Positions 62,000 through 64,000 of a stretch of DNA of 64,000 nucleotides are shown one piece after another. Each line of letters starts with the position of its first letter. The stretch's first letter is position 1. The stretch is from Candidatus Saccharimonadales bacterium (GTDB lineage: Bacteria; Patescibacteriota; Saccharimonadia; Saccharimonadales; UBA7683): contig JAXMAA010000001.1 in NCBI GenBank assembly GCA_046350615.1, positions 72,480 to 136,479 on the forward strand, in the 5' to 3' direction. Made by a program: the position numbers and the translations under genes. Under the pieces are notes generated by a model. It did not search any database and was not told the DNA's origin. It was given only the letters and a program-made list of their open reading frames with translations.

Positions 62000-64000
62000 C
62001 TAAGAGCAGCCGCTCGTCGTTCCACAAGATGTACACACATAGCAGCTACCTGCGCGCTGTGTTTGATTACCGCAGTTGTCGCAGAGCGGCGCAACGTCAG
62101 CGGTGGTGCTGTGTGTTGGTGTGGCAACAGTCTGCTGGTAAGCCGGAGCCGCTTTCTGGACTGGTTCAGCAGCAACCACAGGATCCTCAGTTAGTAAACT
62201 TGCTTGGTTACTTAAGGCATCGGCCTCAAGATCATCCAAACTTACCAAACCGAGCTCGAGCTGATCATCAATACTTAGGTACTCTTTTGCAAGACGCTTG
62301 AAAATGTAATCAACTATTGAAGTGGCCGTTCTAATCTCTGGGTCGTCGGTCATACCAGCGGGCGCAAACGACATGTTCGTGAGTGCATGTACGTAGCTCT
62401 TGAGTGGTACGCCATATTGCAAGCCGTAGCTTACTGAAATTGCAAGCGCATCCATGACACCGGCTAGGGTTGAACCTTGCTTAGCGATCTTGAGCCACAA
62501 CTCACCTGGTGTGCCATCTTCAAATTCACCAACTGTGATGAATCCCTTGCTGCCAGCAACCTTAAATTCCATCGTTTTAGAATTGCGAACTCGTGGAATT
62601 TCGCGGCGAACCTTCGGCGTCATTGCCACTAGCTGTTCAGTAATTCGTTCGGCTGTTTGAGCCTCATGAGCCACAAGCGGCTCATCTTTTTCTTCTTTCT
62701 TGTTAGAAGAAAGAGGTTGCGCGACCTTCGAGCCATCACGATAAATTGCAACTGCCTTAAGACCGAGCTTCCAAGAAAGCATATGTAGCTCTTCAATATC
62801 CTCTACAGTAGATTCCACAGGCATATTTACCGTTTTGCTGATTGCTCCAGAAATAAATGGCTGTACGGCGCCCATCATTTTAACGTGACCATTGTAGTGA
62901 ATCGCGTTTTCGCCCACTGCGCATGAGAACACATCGTAATGCTCTTTTTTAAGATGTGGTGCATTAATGACGTTTCCGTTTTCGTGAATGAACGCAACTA
63001 TTGCCTCGCCCTCAGCTTGGCTATAACCGAGTGTTTTCAGTGCTCGTGGGATAGTCTGATTGACAATCACCATATTGCCGCCACCTACAAGTTTTTTGAA
63101 CTTAGTTAAGCTGAAATCTGGCTCAATACCAGTAGTATCACAATCCATCATGAATCCAATGGTACCCGTTGGCGCCAAAACTGAAGCTTGAGAATTGCGA
63201 ACACCGTAGCGTTCGCCAAGTTCCACTGCCTCATCCCAACACTCTGCTGCGGCAGAAAGAAGATCTTCTGCAACCAAACGAGCATCGATATCACGGACCG
63301 CATCGCGATGCTGCGAAAGCACGCGCATCATGCCTTCACGATCTTTATTAAAGCCAGCGAACGGACCAACCTGCTTAGCAAGTCGAGCTGAAGTTGCGTA
63401 CGAATGACCGGTTAAAATTGCGGTAATTGCAGCAGCCTGTGCACGACCTTCATCGCTATCGTATGGCAAGCCTTGCGCCATCAGCATAGCACCAAGGTTT
63501 GCATAACCAATACCAAGTTCTCGGTACGCACGAGCATTTTTAGCAATCTTTTCAGTAGGATATTCACTGTAGCCAACCAAAATCTCTTGTGCAGTGAAGA
63601 TCACTTGAATTGCCTGCTTGTACGATTCCACATCAAAACTACCATCTTCGTTCAAAAATTTCAGCAAGTTAATTGAAGCGAGGTTACAAGCCGAATTATC
63701 AAGGTGCATGTATTCAGAACATGGGTTTGATCCGTTGATACGTCCGGCATTTGGTGCAGTGTGCCAGTGATTGATGGTGGTATCAAACTGCAAGCCCGGA
63801 TCTGCACATTCCCACGCACTTTCAGCAATTTGTCGCCATAAATCACGAGCTTTGAGTGTTTTATAAACCTTGCCGTCGTTTACGCCAACAAGATTGTAAT
63901 CGTCATTGTTCTCAACTGCGCGCATAAATTCATCATCTACACGAACCGAGTTATTGGCATTTTGATATTGCACACTGAAGATATCTTTCCCATCAAGATC
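62000..64000 (-). CDS. nrdJ: adenosylcobalamin-dependent (class II) ribonucleotide reductase, C-terminal ~665 aa (5' part lies beyond the right edge)
   Basis: It has the active-site block GRINGSNPCSEYMHLDNSACNLASINL, the segment PTGTIGFMMDCDTTGIEPDF, and a C-terminal Cys cluster CDNCGNQTQRAGSCYVCTSCG. The reading frame stays open to the window end. Confidence 0.9.
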   Translation of the reverse strand, partial: DLDGKDIFSVQYQNANNSVRVDDEFMRAVENNDDYNLVGVNDGKVYKTLKARDLWRQIAESAWECADPGLQFDTTINHWHTAPNAGRINGSNPCSEYMHLDNSACNLASINLLKFLNEDGSFDVESYKQAIQVIFTAQEILVGYSEYPTEKIAKNARAYRELGIGYANLGAMLMAQGLPYDSDEGRAQAAAITAILTGHSYATSARLAKQVGPFAGFNKDREGMMRVLSQHRDAVRDIDARLVAEDLLSAAAECWDEAVELGERYGVRNSQASVLAPTGTIGFMMDCDTTGIEPDFSLTKFKKLVGGGNMVIVNQTIPRALKTLGYSQAEGEAIVAFIHENGNVINAPHLKKEHYDVFSCAVGENAIHYNGHVKMMGAVQPFISGAISKTVNMPVESTVEDIEELHMLSWKLGLKAVAIYRDGSKVAQPLSSNKKEEKDEPLVAHEAQTAERITEQLVAMTPKVRREIPRVRNSKTMEFKVAGSKGFITVGEFEDGTPGELWLKIAKQGSTLAGVMDALAISVSYGLQYGVPLKSYVHALTNMSFAPAGMTDDPEIRTATSIVDYIFKRLAKEYLSIDDQLELGLVSLDDLEADALSNQASLLTEDPVVAAEPVQKAAPAYQQTVATPTHSTTADVAPLCDNCGNQTQRAGSCYVCTSCGTTSGCS

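Noticed and set aside
1-64000. Searched intergenic regions for tRNA, rRNA, tmRNA and RNase P genes.
   Set aside because: I saw no GGTTCGAATCC-type T-arms, cloverleaf-compatible segments or conserved rRNA or RNase P blocks. A tRNAscan/Infernal run would be needed to be definitive.

Overview
This is a gene-dense 64-kb window with about 60 protein genes, roughly 50 of them on the minus strand, from a small low-GC bacterial genome. Most of the content is housekeeping: ftsE (partial), a sigma-70-family factor, prfB, murD, secA, hpf, serS, a MacB-type ABC pair, lysS, greA, proS, rseP, uppS, prs, frr, tsf, rpsB, rpmE, prfA, prmC, an HtrA protease, an LCP protein, lepB, parB/parA, rplU, ileS and a partial class II (B12) ribonucleotide reductase. 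These are interspersed with lineage-specific hypothetical proteins. The code is standard, since both RF1 and RF2 are present. The gene set and style suggest a Patescibacteria/CPR organism, possibly Saccharibacteria, but that is inference only. I recognised no rRNA, tRNA or CRISPR array. The main observations are: (1) a compositionally foreign high-GC island (~11.7-13.6 kb) encoding one 584-aa membrane protein, driven by two tandem perfect-consensus promoters with a palindromic operator, next to an IS30 element; (2) an orphan VirD4/TraD-like ATPase preceded by a strong promoter, a 32-codon sORF and a three-way SD/anti-SD pairing switch; (3) a 28-codon sORF followed by a cysteine-synthase-fold protein that lacks the PLP lysine, divergent from a TrmB regulator; (4) domain novelties in aaRS genes, namely a Nudix-like insertion in IleRS and a DUF2000/PTH2-like C-terminal fusion on LysRS; (5) a MurD gene coupled to a PP-loop ATPase (candidate MurL-type pathway); (6) at least 11 genes whose -10 box lies 6-9 nt from the start codon, which suggests leaderless mRNAs; (7) a family of GTCATYCC...GGRATGACAA hairpin repeats, all of them intergenic; (8) three genes (secA, uppS, ImmA-like) broken by single-base indels in short homopolymer runs, which may be assembly errors.
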